DNA from: a virus
Virus record (IMG/VR): IMGVR_UViG_3300046777_001715
Span: 42,257-106,256 of that record
DNA length: 64,000 nucleotides
Reading direction: 5' to 3' (one strand)
The translations under genes were made by a program, and so were the position numbers. The notes below the pieces were generated by a model, which saw only the letters and a program-made list of their open reading frames with translations, was not told the DNA's origin and made no database searches. Shown piece by piece: positions 39,015-48,443 of the stretch; positions within the stretch are counted from its first letter, which is position 1, and each line of letters begins with the position of its first letter.

Positions 39015-39046
39015 GGGCCAGTCTATTGACTGGCCCTAAGTTATTT
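39015..39046 (+). terminator. Terminator hairpin overlapping the next promoter
   Basis: GGGCCAGTC-TATT-GACTGGCCC; contains -35 TTGACT (39026) paired with TAGAAT (39049). Confidence 0.6.
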
Positions 39047-39061
39047 AGTAGAATTTATCAA

Positions 39062-39268
39062 ATGAGATCGTACGAGATACCAGACCCATTTGAAACATTT
39101 GTTTCAAACAAGTATCGTAACTATACTGGAGCGGTATATGATTTTTTTGCCAGAGAATGGCATATGAAATGTGGCTGCTGCAAAGAAGATTTGTATGCAC
39201 CAAATAAAAAAACAATGACAAAAATTAGACTTTACCATACAAGAAATGAATGCACAGGAGGCTACTGA
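39062..39268 (+). CDS. Small Cys-containing hypothetical protein
   Basis: Likely ATG 39062; TGATG-coupled to dnaE. Confidence 0.55.
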   Translation: MRSYEIPDPFETFVSNKYRNYTGAVYDFFAREWHMKCGCCKEDLYAPNKKTMTKIRLYHTRNECTGGY

Positions 39269-42200
39269 TGAATTTTACGCATCTTCATGTTCACAGTTAT
39301 TACAGCCTAATGGATGGATACAACTCTCCAAAAGAATTGCTTCAAGCAGCAAAAGATTTAGGTCAGACAGCTCTAGCTGTTACTGATCACGGCACCCTAT
39401 CGTCTCATAGAGATATGCAGATTGCGGCAAAAGAGCTTGGCATGAAGCCCATCCTTGGCGTAGAGGCATACATATCTCCAACAGATAGATTTGATAGATC
39501 ATCTAAAACAGATAAAACAATTCAGGCATACAACCACATCATCTTGCTTGCAAAAAATCAAAATGGATTAAACAATATTAACAAGCTACAGGAATTAGCT
39601 TGGACAGAAGGTTTTTATCACAAACCACGTATTGATAGAGAAATCCTTAAAGAGTTTGGCGAAGATATTATTATTTTGTCAGGCTGCCTAAACGGTCTTA
39701 TAACAAAGGCAATTGAAAAGAATGAGTTTGCAGATGCAAAAATGATGCTCAAATGGTTCAAGACAAACTTTGGAGACAACTTTTATGTTGAGGTTCAGCC
39801 TGCAAATCCACCTGAGATAAATAAAAAGCTTCTGGAACTTGCAGACGAAATTGGAATTAAGCCTGTTGCAACTGCAGATGCACACTTTTCTAAAGAAGAA
39901 GAGCGGGTTGTAGAAGAGGCCATGCTTATTCTATCAACATCCCCTAAAGTAAATAAAGATCTTGATTTTGATAAGTCACGTACATTTGAAAATATGTTTG
40001 ACAGATTTAATTATCTTTGGCCAGACCGTAGAATTTCATTTGAACATTTAGATTTGTATATTATGAGCAGAGAAGAAATGTCTGCTGAATTTAATAAACA
40101 AGGAATTACCAGAACTGATATCTATGACAATACTGTGCATATTTCAAACCAAGTTGAGGAATATTCATTTGGGCAGGGCTTGGACCTGCTTCCAGTCCCA
40201 AAGACCAATGCTGATAAAAAGCTTAGGGAGCTGGCTGAGGCTGGCCTAGAAAGGCTCGGAAAAGCCTCTGAAGGGGTCTATAAGGACCGTTTGGACGAAG
40301 AGCTAGGTGTTATCAAGGACAAAAATTTTGCCTCATACTTCCTGATTGTTTCAGATATGATTAATTGGGCTAAAGAGCAGGGTATTAAGGTCGGTCCAGG
40401 TCGTGGCTCCGCTGCAGGCTCTTTGGTTTGCTATGCCCTAGGAATCACAGAAGTAGATCCAATTAAATATGACCTTTTGTTTTTCAGATTTATTAACCCA
40501 GAGCGTAATGACTTTCCAGATATTGATACGGACTTTGAAGACCGTAGACGTAAAGAGGTAAAGGATTATTTAAAGAAAAGATTTAAAAACGTTGCATCTA
40601 TTTCTACATTTACTTATTTTAAAGATAAGGGTGTAGTTCGTGATGCTGCTCGTGTATTTATGATTCCTCTTCAAGAAGTTAACCGTGCTCTAAAGTCCGT
40701 TGACACATTTGAAGACTATATGGAGTCTCCAAATACAAAAGAATTTAGAATGAAGTATCCAGAAGTTGGCTGGCTTGCAGAAAATTGGCGTGGAAGAATT
40801 AGAAGTACAGGTGTTCACGCAGCTGGAGTTGTTGTTGCTAAAGATGATTTAAGAAATTATGCGCCAATTGAAACTCGTGAAGATCCAAAAGATAAAGTTT
40901 CTGGAAGAATTCCAGTAGTTGCTTATGAGATGGAGACGGTTGCAGACATTGGCCTTATCAAGATGGATGCTCTGGGTCTAAAAGCCCTATCTATTTTGTC
41001 TGACACATTGGCATCTATTAAAGATAGATACGGAAAAGAAATTGTACTTAACGATATTAATCTTGAAGACCCTGAAGTTTATAAGAATTTAAGTCAAGGT
41101 TATACCAAAGGTGTATTTCAGGCTGAAGCAACTCCATACACAAACCTTTTAATTAAAATGGGTGTGGATAAATTTGAAGACTTGGTTGCATCAAATGCTT
41201 TGGTGCGTCCAGGAGCAATGAACACCGTAGGTGCTTCATACATTAACAGAAAAAACGGCAGAGAAGCGGTTGACTATACTCACCCGATCATGCGTCCTTT
41301 TACAGAAAACACATATGGTGTTATTATATATCAAGAGCAAGTTATGCAAGCATGCGTACACTTGGGAGGGATGTCTTGGTCTGAAGCTGACAAGGTTCGC
41401 AAGATTATTGGTAAGAAAAAGGATGCAAAAGAATTCGACCAGTTCAAGGATAAGTTCGTTGCTGGCGCTTCAAAACACATTTCTAAGAAGCAGGCCGAAG
41501 ACCTCTGGCATGCCTTTGAAGCTCACGCTGGCTATTCCTTTAACCGTTCTCACGCCGTTGCTTATTCCATGGTTTCTTTCTACACTGCTTGGCTTAAGAC
41601 TTATTACCCTCTTGAGTTCATGTTCGCTATCCTTAAGAATGAAACAGATAAAGACGCAAGAACAGAATACCTAATTGAATCAAAAAGATTGGGTTTGAAA
41701 GTTTTACTTCCACATATTAATGAATCTGAAATTGATTTTTCTTTACAGAAAGACTCAATGAGGTTTGGTCTTGCGGATGTAAAATACATATCGGATAATA
41801 TAGCAAGTAAAATAATTAAGGGAAGGCCGTATTTACACTATGAAGATTTCATGGAAAAAAGCTCTGTTAAAAACAGTGGCGTTAACAGTCGTGCTATTGG
41901 GGCTCTTAATGCTATTGGGGCAGCAGCTTTTAAAGACAATCCAAGAACAGGATTAGAGCAAGAAAGTTTTTACGAGTATCTTGGTATACCTCAGTTTAAT
42001 TTGCAAGATTTGCCACCAGTAATTAAAGCTCAGGCAAGACCTATTGAAGAGTTTGACGACCTAGGATCTTTTGTTATGTTTGGCATGGTTAAAGGAATTA
42101 AACGTGGCACAGGCTGGGCAAGAATTGAATTGGTTGACGAAACTGGATCAATTGGTTTATTCCATACAGAGCAAACTCAAATTGAAGTTGGCCAAATGTA

Positions 42201-42540
42201 CTTTATTTTGGTTGGAGATAACAGAATTGCAAGGTATGTAAAGGTGTCTGAGATCAAACAAGACAGCGAAGATTTGTTTGTAGACTATTTATATCGTCAA
42301 GAATATGACAATATTCCTGAAGACAAGTATATGGTTCTAAATTTTACACCTTATAAAACAAAGGCTGGAAAAACAATGGCTCATATAGTCTTTACAAATA
42401 AAGACAAAGAGTTGACAAGAGCAATTGTGTTCTCAACAATGTATAAGATAGCTTTAGCAAAGCTAAGAGAAGGAATGGTCTGTGATGTTGTCTTGTCAAA
42501 ACTAGATGATGGAACACTTATGGTAAAGGAAATAAAATGA
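39268..42540 (+). CDS. dnaE: DNA polymerase III alpha subunit (family C)
   Basis: PHP domain HLHVHS/TDHG, GPGRGSAAGS, FPDIDTDF, HAAGVV, YSFNRSHAVAYS; no intein. Confidence 0.95.
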   Translation: MNFTHLHVHSYYSLMDGYNSPKELLQAAKDLGQTALAVTDHGTLSSHRDMQIAAKELGMKPILGVEAYISPTDRFDRSSKTDKTIQAYNHIILLAKNQNGLNNINKLQELAWTEGFYHKPRIDREILKEFGEDIIILSGCLNGLITKAIEKNEFADAKMMLKWFKTNFGDNFYVEVQPANPPEINKKLLELADEIGIKPVATADAHFSKEEERVVEEAMLILSTSPKVNKDLDFDKSRTFENMFDRFNYLWPDRRISFEHLDLYIMSREEMSAEFNKQGITRTDIYDNTVHISNQVEEYSFGQGLDLLPVPKTNADKKLRELAEAGLERLGKASEGVYKDRLDEELGVIKDKNFASYFLIVSDMINWAKEQGIKVGPGRGSAAGSLVCYALGITEVDPIKYDLLFFRFINPERNDFPDIDTDFEDRRRKEVKDYLKKRFKNVASISTFTYFKDKGVVRDAARVFMIPLQEVNRALKSVDTFEDYMESPNTKEFRMKYPEVGWLAENWRGRIRSTGVHAAGVVVAKDDLRNYAPIETREDPKDKVSGRIPVVAYEMETVADIGLIKMDALGLKALSILSDTLASIKDRYGKEIVLNDINLEDPEVYKNLSQGYTKGVFQAEATPYTNLLIKMGVDKFEDLVASNALVRPGAMNTVGASYINRKNGREAVDYTHPIMRPFTENTYGVIIYQEQVMQACVHLGGMSWSEADKVRKIIGKKKDAKEFDQFKDKFVAGASKHISKKQAEDLWHAFEAHAGYSFNRSHAVAYSMVSFYTAWLKTYYPLEFMFAILKNETDKDARTEYLIESKRLGLKVLLPHINESEIDFSLQKDSMRFGLADVKYISDNIASKIIKGRPYLHYEDFMEKSSVKNSGVNSRAIGALNAIGAAAFKDNPRTGLEQESFYEYLGIPQFNLQDLPPVIKAQARPIEEFDDLGSFVMFGMVKGIKRGTGWARIELVDETGSIGLFHTEQTQIEVGQMYFILVGDNRIARYVKVSEIKQDSEDLFVDYLYRQEYDNIPEDKYMVLNFTPYKTKAGKTMAHIVFTNKDKELTRAIVFSTMYKIALAKLREGMVCDVVLSKLDDGTLMVKEIK

Positions 42541-42776
42541 TTGAAGTTATATTAACAGAGCAAGAGGCTAAAGAACTTGAAGACGCTCTTGTTTATCACA
42601 TGGAGCAGTGCTTTAACACTCTTTATGATACCGAAGAGGTTGCAGAGGACTGGGAGCCATACCAGCCGTTTGACGGTTGCTCAAATTGTGAGACAAGAGA
42701 AATGCTTATGAAAACATTTGAGTGGCTTAGAAATAATAAAGATCTAGCAGTATATGTAGGAGAGAATGATGAGTGA
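42537..42776 (+). CDS. Hypothetical protein
   Basis: Coupled ORF, C..C motif. Confidence 0.6.
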   Translation: MIEVILTEQEAKELEDALVYHMEQCFNTLYDTEEVAEDWEPYQPFDGCSNCETREMLMKTFEWLRNNKDLAVYVGENDE

Positions 42777-42972
42777 AGATAAAGCAGATATATCTCAGGA
42801 TATTAATGTAACAAATTTATTGGTGGCTATACTAAAAACAATTAAAACTGTTGATGTGCCTTCTGAGCTTGTTTTAAATCCAGCAGAAGAAGACACTGGG
42901 TTAATGGTTTCATACAATGAGTCTGATAATACATTTACAATTGCGTTAGGAGAATACAATGGGAGTAATTAA
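42766..42972 (+). CDS. Hypothetical protein
   Basis: RBS AGGAG; acidic 68 aa. Confidence 0.6.
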   Translation: MMSEDKADISQDINVTNLLVAILKTIKTVDVPSELVLNPAEEDTGLMVSYNESDNTFTIALGEYNGSN

Positions 42973-43363
42973 AACTGATAATTTTAGAACGCCTCCAAAC
43001 ACAGAAAAGACTACACAGACAGCATCGAGCACACTGCTCGATCATGGCTTAGATGAGTTGGCCCACATTCTTCATGAATCTGCAATTGAAAAAGGTTTTT
43101 GGGAGGGCGAATACAACTTTGATAAGATTGGAAATAAACTAGCTTTAGTTCATTCAGAAGTAACTGAAATTTTAGAAGCTATCAGAAAGAGTAAAGGTAG
43201 TCGTGAAATTGTTGAAGAAACAGCAGACGTTTTAATTAGATTACTAGATGTTTATGCTGCTCTTAAACAAATGGGGCTTGTAGAAGATTCTCTAGACGAG
43301 ATCCTAGATTTTAAAGTTGATAAAAATAGAGGAAGACCAAGACTTCACGGCAACCTGTTTTAA
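42959..43363 (+). CDS. MazG-like nucleotide pyrophosphohydrolase
   Basis: LALVHSEVTEILEAIRK...EE.ADV.IR..D...K..KN..R. Confidence 0.8.
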   Translation: MGVIKTDNFRTPPNTEKTTQTASSTLLDHGLDELAHILHESAIEKGFWEGEYNFDKIGNKLALVHSEVTEILEAIRKSKGSREIVEETADVLIRLLDVYAALKQMGLVEDSLDEILDFKVDKNRGRPRLHGNLF

Positions 43364-43396
43364 TGGTATACTATCTAGATAATAGAAAGAGTTCAA

Positions 43397-44395
43397 ATGA
43401 ACATTGAAGAAATTTTAGCTGGGCTAGACCCAAAAACTCGTAAACGAGTACAAATTGCAACAGAAGTAGACAATCAAAAACAAAAAACGCCTAGCGTGGG
43501 CCTAACACTGGCCTTAAAAGGTGGTTTTGGTTATGGCAGACAAGTCCTAGTTTGGGGAAACAAGTCTGCTGGAAAGTCATCGTTTTGTTTACAAATGATT
43601 GCTTTAGCACAAAAAGAAGGAAAGACATGTGCTTGGATTGACGCAGAAGATTCATATGACCCAGCATGGGCAGAACTTCTTGGTGTTGACTCAAGTCAAT
43701 TAATTTATTCTCCAGCCAAGTCTGTTAATGACATGGTGGATATTGCTACACAGTTAATGGAAGCAAACGTAGACATAATTGTTGTAGATTCAATTTCGGC
43801 TCTGCTACCTGCCATCTACTTTGAAAAAGATAGCACTGACTTGAAGAAGTTAGAAGATACAAAACAAATTGGAGCAGAAGCAAAGGATATGACCCATGCG
43901 GTCAAAATGTTAAATTATGCAAACAAAAACACACTACTTGTTCTCATCTCACAGCAACGAAATCAATTTGGATCTATGCATGCTTCACACATCCCCACAG
44001 GTGGCATGGCAGTCAAGTTCTTTTCAACCACTGTTGTCAAGCTTTGGTCTTCTGAAGCTGAAGCTAATGCTATTAAAGCTGGCGTTAAAGTTGGCGACAA
44101 AATTATCGAACAGAGAGTCGGAAGACCAGTTAATTGGATTATTGATTACAACAAACAAGGCCCCCCAAATCTATCAGGACAATACGACTTTTACTACCAA
44201 GGGGAAACTATTGGTGTAGATGGTGTTGGAGAAACACTAGATGTTGCAGAGATGTATGGAATTATTGAAAAGGGTGGAGCATGGTACACCATTGGTGAAG
44301 AAAGGTTCCAGGGTCGTGCTAAGGCAGTACAATACCTTAGAGATAATCCAGAAGTTGTAGAAGAGTTAAGGGAAAAAATTTATGCCAGATCTTAA
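43397..44395 (+). CDS. recA: RecA-like recombinase
   Basis: GNKSAGKS, WIDAE, IVVDSI, TGG.A.KF, G.I.K.GAWY. Confidence 0.9.
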   Translation: MNIEEILAGLDPKTRKRVQIATEVDNQKQKTPSVGLTLALKGGFGYGRQVLVWGNKSAGKSSFCLQMIALAQKEGKTCAWIDAEDSYDPAWAELLGVDSSQLIYSPAKSVNDMVDIATQLMEANVDIIVVDSISALLPAIYFEKDSTDLKKLEDTKQIGAEAKDMTHAVKMLNYANKNTLLVLISQQRNQFGSMHASHIPTGGMAVKFFSTTVVKLWSSEAEANAIKAGVKVGDKIIEQRVGRPVNWIIDYNKQGPPNLSGQYDFYYQGETIGVDGVGETLDVAEMYGIIEKGGAWYTIGEERFQGRAKAVQYLRDNPEVVEELREKIYARS

Positions 44396-44597
44396 CGATT
44401 TTATTAATGATGTTACTTCAGATAAAAAAGAGGTCGTAGAAGAATTAGTTATTGATTCTGACCTACCAGTTTTTGGCGGAACATTTCAATGCCAAGAATG
44501 TAGCAATGAAGTAAACAGCGCAATGTTTAAGTCTAAGGAGGAAAAGCTTACGTGGACTTGTCCAGATGGACATGTTTCGTCAGTTCCATTTAAATAA
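44382..44597 (+). CDS. Zn-ribbon protein
   Basis: CQEC...W.C..GH. Confidence 0.65.
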   Translation: MPDLNDFINDVTSDKKEVVEELVIDSDLPVFGGTFQCQECSNEVNSAMFKSKEEKLTWTCPDGHVSSVPFK

Positions 44598-44905
44598 TGT
44601 CAGAGAGAGCAGAAATTAAAAGAGATGGCGCAAAAGGGCACAAGAATTCTGGTCGTGGGAATTACCAAAAAGCAGATGCTACCTGGCGTAATTTTGTAGT
44701 AGACTATAAAGAATACTCCAAATCAATCTCTATTTCACAAGACATATGGGCAAAGATTTGTACAGATACTTTTAAAGTAAGTAGGGACAAAAGCCCAGTA
44801 CTCAAGCTAATACTTGGCGGAGAAGGCTCTAAAACCAGACTTGCAGTAATTGAGTGGGCACTACTAGAGCAATTAATAGAATGTTGGGAGACACACAATG
44901 AGTGA
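44597..44905 (+). CDS. PD-(D/E)XK Holliday-junction-resolvase-like nuclease
   Basis: E...GA...NSG...KAD...VDYK. Confidence 0.6.
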   Translation: MSERAEIKRDGAKGHKNSGRGNYQKADATWRNFVVDYKEYSKSISISQDIWAKICTDTFKVSRDKSPVLKLILGGEGSKTRLAVIEWALLEQLIECWETHNE

Positions 44906-45233
44906 TAAAAATACACTGGAGCTTATAAGCGAAATTACAGAATTTAATGACTTGCATGAATTTATGTCTGACGAACAGTTAGATAGAGCCCTTGCAATTC
45001 TGGTAAAATTAATTATGAACCCAGAAGTTCCTTCCGCTAAAGCTCCAATGCTAATTATAGAATTGCAGGCAATTAGTGCCAAACTTGCCATTTTAGCCTC
45101 ATTTTACTCAACTATTGCCAAAGATAAGGCTGGAACTGTAAACAACAACAAAAAGAATGTCTACTACTCAGTCAAAGAAGCTCTGGATAGATTAGTTGAT
45201 GCACTTAAGTATTCTGCGAGGTATAGCCTTTAA
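44898..45233 (+). CDS. Hypothetical helical protein
   Basis: Coupled ORF in the recombination block. Confidence 0.65.
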   Translation: MSDKNTLELISEITEFNDLHEFMSDEQLDRALAILVKLIMNPEVPSAKAPMLIIELQAISAKLAILASFYSTIAKDKAGTVNNNKKNVYYSVKEALDRLVDALKYSARYSL

Positions 45234-46018
45234 TGGGTAAAGCAATTATAAGTAATTTAAAGTTTAAAAAGTATGTTGGAAAATTTGATCCAGCATCTTT
45301 TGGCCAGCAACTAGATGACGCCTACCTTGCCACAAAAAGACCAGATGGAGAAATGACAAAGTATTCTTTTAGTCCTAGCACAATTGGATATGGTCATGGA
45401 AATTGTCCAAGATACTGGTACATGGCATTTAGTGGTGCAGAATTTATTGATGACAACAGCGCAGTAAATGTTGCTAACATGGCTGTTGGAACACAGTCTC
45501 ATGAAAGACTTCAAGGTTTAATTAAAACCTTCCCAGAGTTTGTTGAAGAAGAAAAAGAAATTAAAAACGAATATCCACCAATTCGTGGTTTCATAGACCT
45601 AGTTATGAATTACGACGGAGAAACTGTTATTGGAGAAATTAAAACTGCAAAGCAGGAGGTCTGGGATACCAGACAAGCAGAGATGAAGTCTTCAACAAAC
45701 CATATGCTTCAGCTTCTTACTTATATGAAGCTAACAAATGCCAAAGAGGGATTCTTTTTGTATGAGAATAAGAACACACAAGAGGTGCTTGTAATTCCAA
45801 TTCAAATGAATGATAGAAACTCAAAGATTATTAACGACACATTTGATTGGCTATGCAAGGTTTGGGACAACTTTAAGGAAGGAGATCTTCCAGTCATTCC
45901 AGACGGGTATACAAAGTCAAAGTCTCCATGCAAGTATTGCCCATTAAAGAAGTCTTGCTGGTCAAAAACTGCAGACGAAGGTTCTGTACACATATCTCCA
46001 ATGGATGTGACAGTGTAA
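45233..46018 (+). CDS. Cas4-like/RecB-family exonuclease
   Basis: SPS...CPR, G..HE, G.ID...EIKT, Q...Y, C-terminal C..C....C. Confidence 0.8.
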   Translation: MGKAIISNLKFKKYVGKFDPASFGQQLDDAYLATKRPDGEMTKYSFSPSTIGYGHGNCPRYWYMAFSGAEFIDDNSAVNVANMAVGTQSHERLQGLIKTFPEFVEEEKEIKNEYPPIRGFIDLVMNYDGETVIGEIKTAKQEVWDTRQAEMKSSTNHMLQLLTYMKLTNAKEGFFLYENKNTQEVLVIPIQMNDRNSKIINDTFDWLCKVWDNFKEGDLPVIPDGYTKSKSPCKYCPLKKSCWSKTADEGSVHISPMDVTV

Positions 46019-46293
46019 TGATTTGTGCAAACGGTGATTGCAAGCAAAAGTTTGAGCCAAAAACTCATAATCAAAAATATTGTTCTGATGAATGTTGCAG
46101 AATCGCAACAAACAAAAGGATTATGGAAAAGTATTATGAAAAGAAAGCTATTAGAAATGGCGCAGTAAGGCTTTGCAAATGCGGCGGACAACTAAGCAGA
46201 TACACTGAAAAAACTGTATGCACTATGTGCGTTGATAAGCAAAAGCGGGAAACAAGGGCAAGACTAAAGGAGATGCTTGATGGGATTAGCTAA
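46018..46293 (+). CDS. Zn-finger protein
   Basis: C...C...F.P....QKYCS..CR; TAATG-coupled start. Confidence 0.65.
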   Translation: MICANGDCKQKFEPKTHNQKYCSDECCRIATNKRIMEKYYEKKAIRNGAVRLCKCGGQLSRYTEKTVCTMCVDKQKRETRARLKEMLDGIS

Positions 46294-46846
46294 TCTTGTT
46301 AAGTCTAAAGCCGTAAGAGTTTTAGGCATAGATGCGTCTACAAACTCAATAGCGTTTTGTCTCATGGACAATAATGTCCCAATAAAATGGGGCAAGCTTG
46401 AACTTAAAGGGCAAGACATATACGAAAAAATATATGATGCCAAAAGAAAAATGCATGCAATGATAGATGAGCTTAAGGCTGACTACATTGTAGTTGAGGG
46501 TGCGGTATTTGTTAAGTCTGCTGACGCTGTGATAAAATTATCATATGTCTATGGAGTTGTTATTGCTGAGCTTATGTCTACTGGTGCTAAGGTTATCACT
46601 ATTAGCCCATCCTCGTGGCAGGCGTACATTGGCAACAAAAATCCGACGAAAGATGAGAAGTCTGCAATAAGATTGAAAAATCCAGGTTACGCAGACTCTT
46701 GGTATCAAAACCAGTTAAGAAACATGCGTAAGCAAAGAACAGTAGACTTCTTTAATAACAAATACGGAAATAAGATCACAGACTTTGATGTAGCTGATAG
46801 TTTTGGAATTGCATACTACGGGAATCAGGTTTTAACAGAACGATGA
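46280..46846 (+). CDS. RuvC-like resolvase
   Basis: VLGIDAST, VVE, W....G...K, D.ADS.GIA. Confidence 0.8.
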   Translation: MGLANLVKSKAVRVLGIDASTNSIAFCLMDNNVPIKWGKLELKGQDIYEKIYDAKRKMHAMIDELKADYIVVEGAVFVKSADAVIKLSYVYGVVIAELMSTGAKVITISPSSWQAYIGNKNPTKDEKSAIRLKNPGYADSWYQNQLRNMRKQRTVDFFNNKYGNKITDFDVADSFGIAYYGNQVLTER

Positions 46847-46989
46847 AATTATATCAAAGTAAAGATTGGCTGCACAGAAGGTACATAGTGCAAAAGAAAA
46901 CGGTTACAGAAATTGCTGCTGAATGCAAGGTTTCTGCAATGACAATACAAAGATACCTAGAACAGTTTGGATTGATTAAAAAAAGATGA
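46843..46989 (+). CDS. Small HTH protein (48 aa, missing from the ORF track)
   Basis: MKLYQSKDWLHRRYIVQKKTVTEIAAECKVSAMTIQRYLEQFGL; ATGA overlaps at both ends. Confidence 0.75.
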   Translation: MKLYQSKDWLHRRYIVQKKTVTEIAAECKVSAMTIQRYLEQFGLIKKR

Positions 46990-47549
46990 TACTTTATGGT
47001 GGAAGCTACAGTCAGGCTGGGCAGGAGTCTTTTGTTATAAATTCCCTAAAAGAAAAAAGAAACGGATTTTATGTAGAGATAGGTGCTTATGACTCAAAGA
47101 TTATGAGCAACACCTACCTACTTGAAACAGAATATGGTTGGTCTGGCATTGCACTAGAAATCGATCCAGCTAGATCAAATGAGTATAATTCTAATAGGTC
47201 TAATAAGTGTGTGACTGCAGATGCTACAACATTTAATTATTTAGATTATTTTATAGAAAACAATGTTCCAGAAAGAGTAGACTATTTACAGGTAGACATA
47301 GAGCCTGCACCACAATCTTTACAGGCTCTCAGAGCACTACCTCTTGACAGATACAGGTTCTCTATAGTAACATTTGAGCATGACCTTTACGTGGACCCAA
47401 GCAATGCCTTGGTAAAGCAAGAGGCTATAGAAATTTTAACCAAATATAATTATAAGCTTGTTAAAGAAAATGTTATGCACGAAGGTAATATTTTTGAAGA
47501 CTGGTGGATAGACAGAGAGATTCTAGAAGAAGTGGGTGTAATATGCTAA
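46986..47549 (+). CDS. FkbM-family SAM-dependent methyltransferase
   Basis: YSQAGQE, G.YVEIGA.D...SNT..LE...W.G...E, DYLQVDIE, FEH, EDWW. Confidence 0.8.
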   Translation: MILYGGSYSQAGQESFVINSLKEKRNGFYVEIGAYDSKIMSNTYLLETEYGWSGIALEIDPARSNEYNSNRSNKCVTADATTFNYLDYFIENNVPERVDYLQVDIEPAPQSLQALRALPLDRYRFSIVTFEHDLYVDPSNALVKQEAIEILTKYNYKLVKENVMHEGNIFEDWWIDREILEEVGVIC

Positions 47550-47872
47550 AGCCAGTATTTGAAGATGTAAGAGACTTTAATTGCTCAGATCTATATTTAA
47601 AATCAGTTAGTGCTCCTTCAGGCGCTAAAATTTGGGGAGCATGCCATGAAATTGCACATCTTTTGATTGAAAAAAATATCTCATATGGTGATTCAGCGCT
47701 AAACCCTGCACGTATATTTTCTTCGGCGGATGCAACAGAACAATTAAAGGTCCGTATTGATGATAAATTAAATAGAGTTATGCATAATCAAGGCTATGCT
47801 GGAGATAACGATATTGATGATTTAATTGGATATTTGGTTTTATATAAGATTGCAAAGGCTCAACTCAATTGA
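47543..47872 (+). CDS. Nucleotide-modification-associated domain 1 (Nmad1/DUF1599-like)
   Basis: KN.SYGDS, RI.DKL.R, D...DL.GY..L. Confidence 0.7.
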   Translation: MLKPVFEDVRDFNCSDLYLKSVSAPSGAKIWGACHEIAHLLIEKNISYGDSALNPARIFSSADATEQLKVRIDDKLNRVMHNQGYAGDNDIDDLIGYLVLYKIAKAQLN

Positions 47873-47897
47873 CATTTTAGTCGACTAAAAGTATAAT
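47869..47897 (+). promoter_or_regulatory. Consensus promoter with a 16-bp palindrome in its spacer
   Basis: TTGACA-17 nt-TATAAT; spacer contains TTTTAGTCGACTAAAA; ATG 6 nt after the -10. Confidence 0.75.
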
Positions 47898-47903
47898 ATA
47901 GTA

Positions 47904-48443
47904 ATGGCTGAGATAGAGTTAGCGGATCATTTTGACCGCATGAACAAAGTAGTTTCTGAACTACTCAAAGGAAATAACCCCACCCAAATTGCTACCCTGA
48001 CTGGTTTTAAAAGAGCAGAAGTTGTTGAGCTAATTGATGAGTGGAAGTCAGTCGTACACAATGATCAGAACGCTAGAGAGAGGGCTAAAGAAGCCGTATC
48101 TGGCGCTGATCAACATTATGCAATGCTTATTAAAGAGGCATGGAAAACTGTTGAGGATGCAGACACCCAAGGACAGCTTAGCGTAAAAGCTGGGGCGCTA
48201 AAGCTAATTGCGGACATTGAAACAAAAAGAATTGGAATGCTTCAGCAGGTAGGACTGCTTGACAATGCAGAGCTGGCAGGGCAGATTGCAGACACAGAAC
48301 GCAAGCAAGAGATCCTTGTTGGCATATTAAAAGAGGTTACAGCCACATGCCCAAATTGCAAAATGGATGTAGCACGTAGACTTTCGCAGATAACTGGAGT
48401 AGTAGAGCCTGTACAAATAGTAGAGGAGCGAGATGTCATTTGA
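47904..48443 (+). CDS. Terminase small subunit (putative)
   Basis: N-terminal HTH plus helical oligomerisation region; overlaps terL. Confidence 0.55.
   Translation: MAEIELADHFDRMNKVVSELLKGNNPTQIATLTGFKRAEVVELIDEWKSVVHNDQNARERAKEAVSGADQHYAMLIKEAWKTVEDADTQGQLSVKAGALKLIADIETKRIGMLQQVGLLDNAELAGQIADTERKQEILVGILKEVTATCPNCKMDVARRLSQITGVVEPVQIVEERDVI

Noticed and set aside
41231-41674. 147-aa alternative-frame ORF inside dnaE
   Set aside because: No RBS, atypical composition; likely a chance open frame
39250-42540. Inteins or introns in dnaE, dnaB, recA or terL
   Set aside because: Lengths and motifs are continuous; no splice-junction or homing-endonuclease motifs seen
45233-46018. Cas4-like gene as evidence of CRISPR-Cas
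   Set aside because: Solo Cas4-like exonucleases are common in phage recombination modules; no array or other cas genes seen
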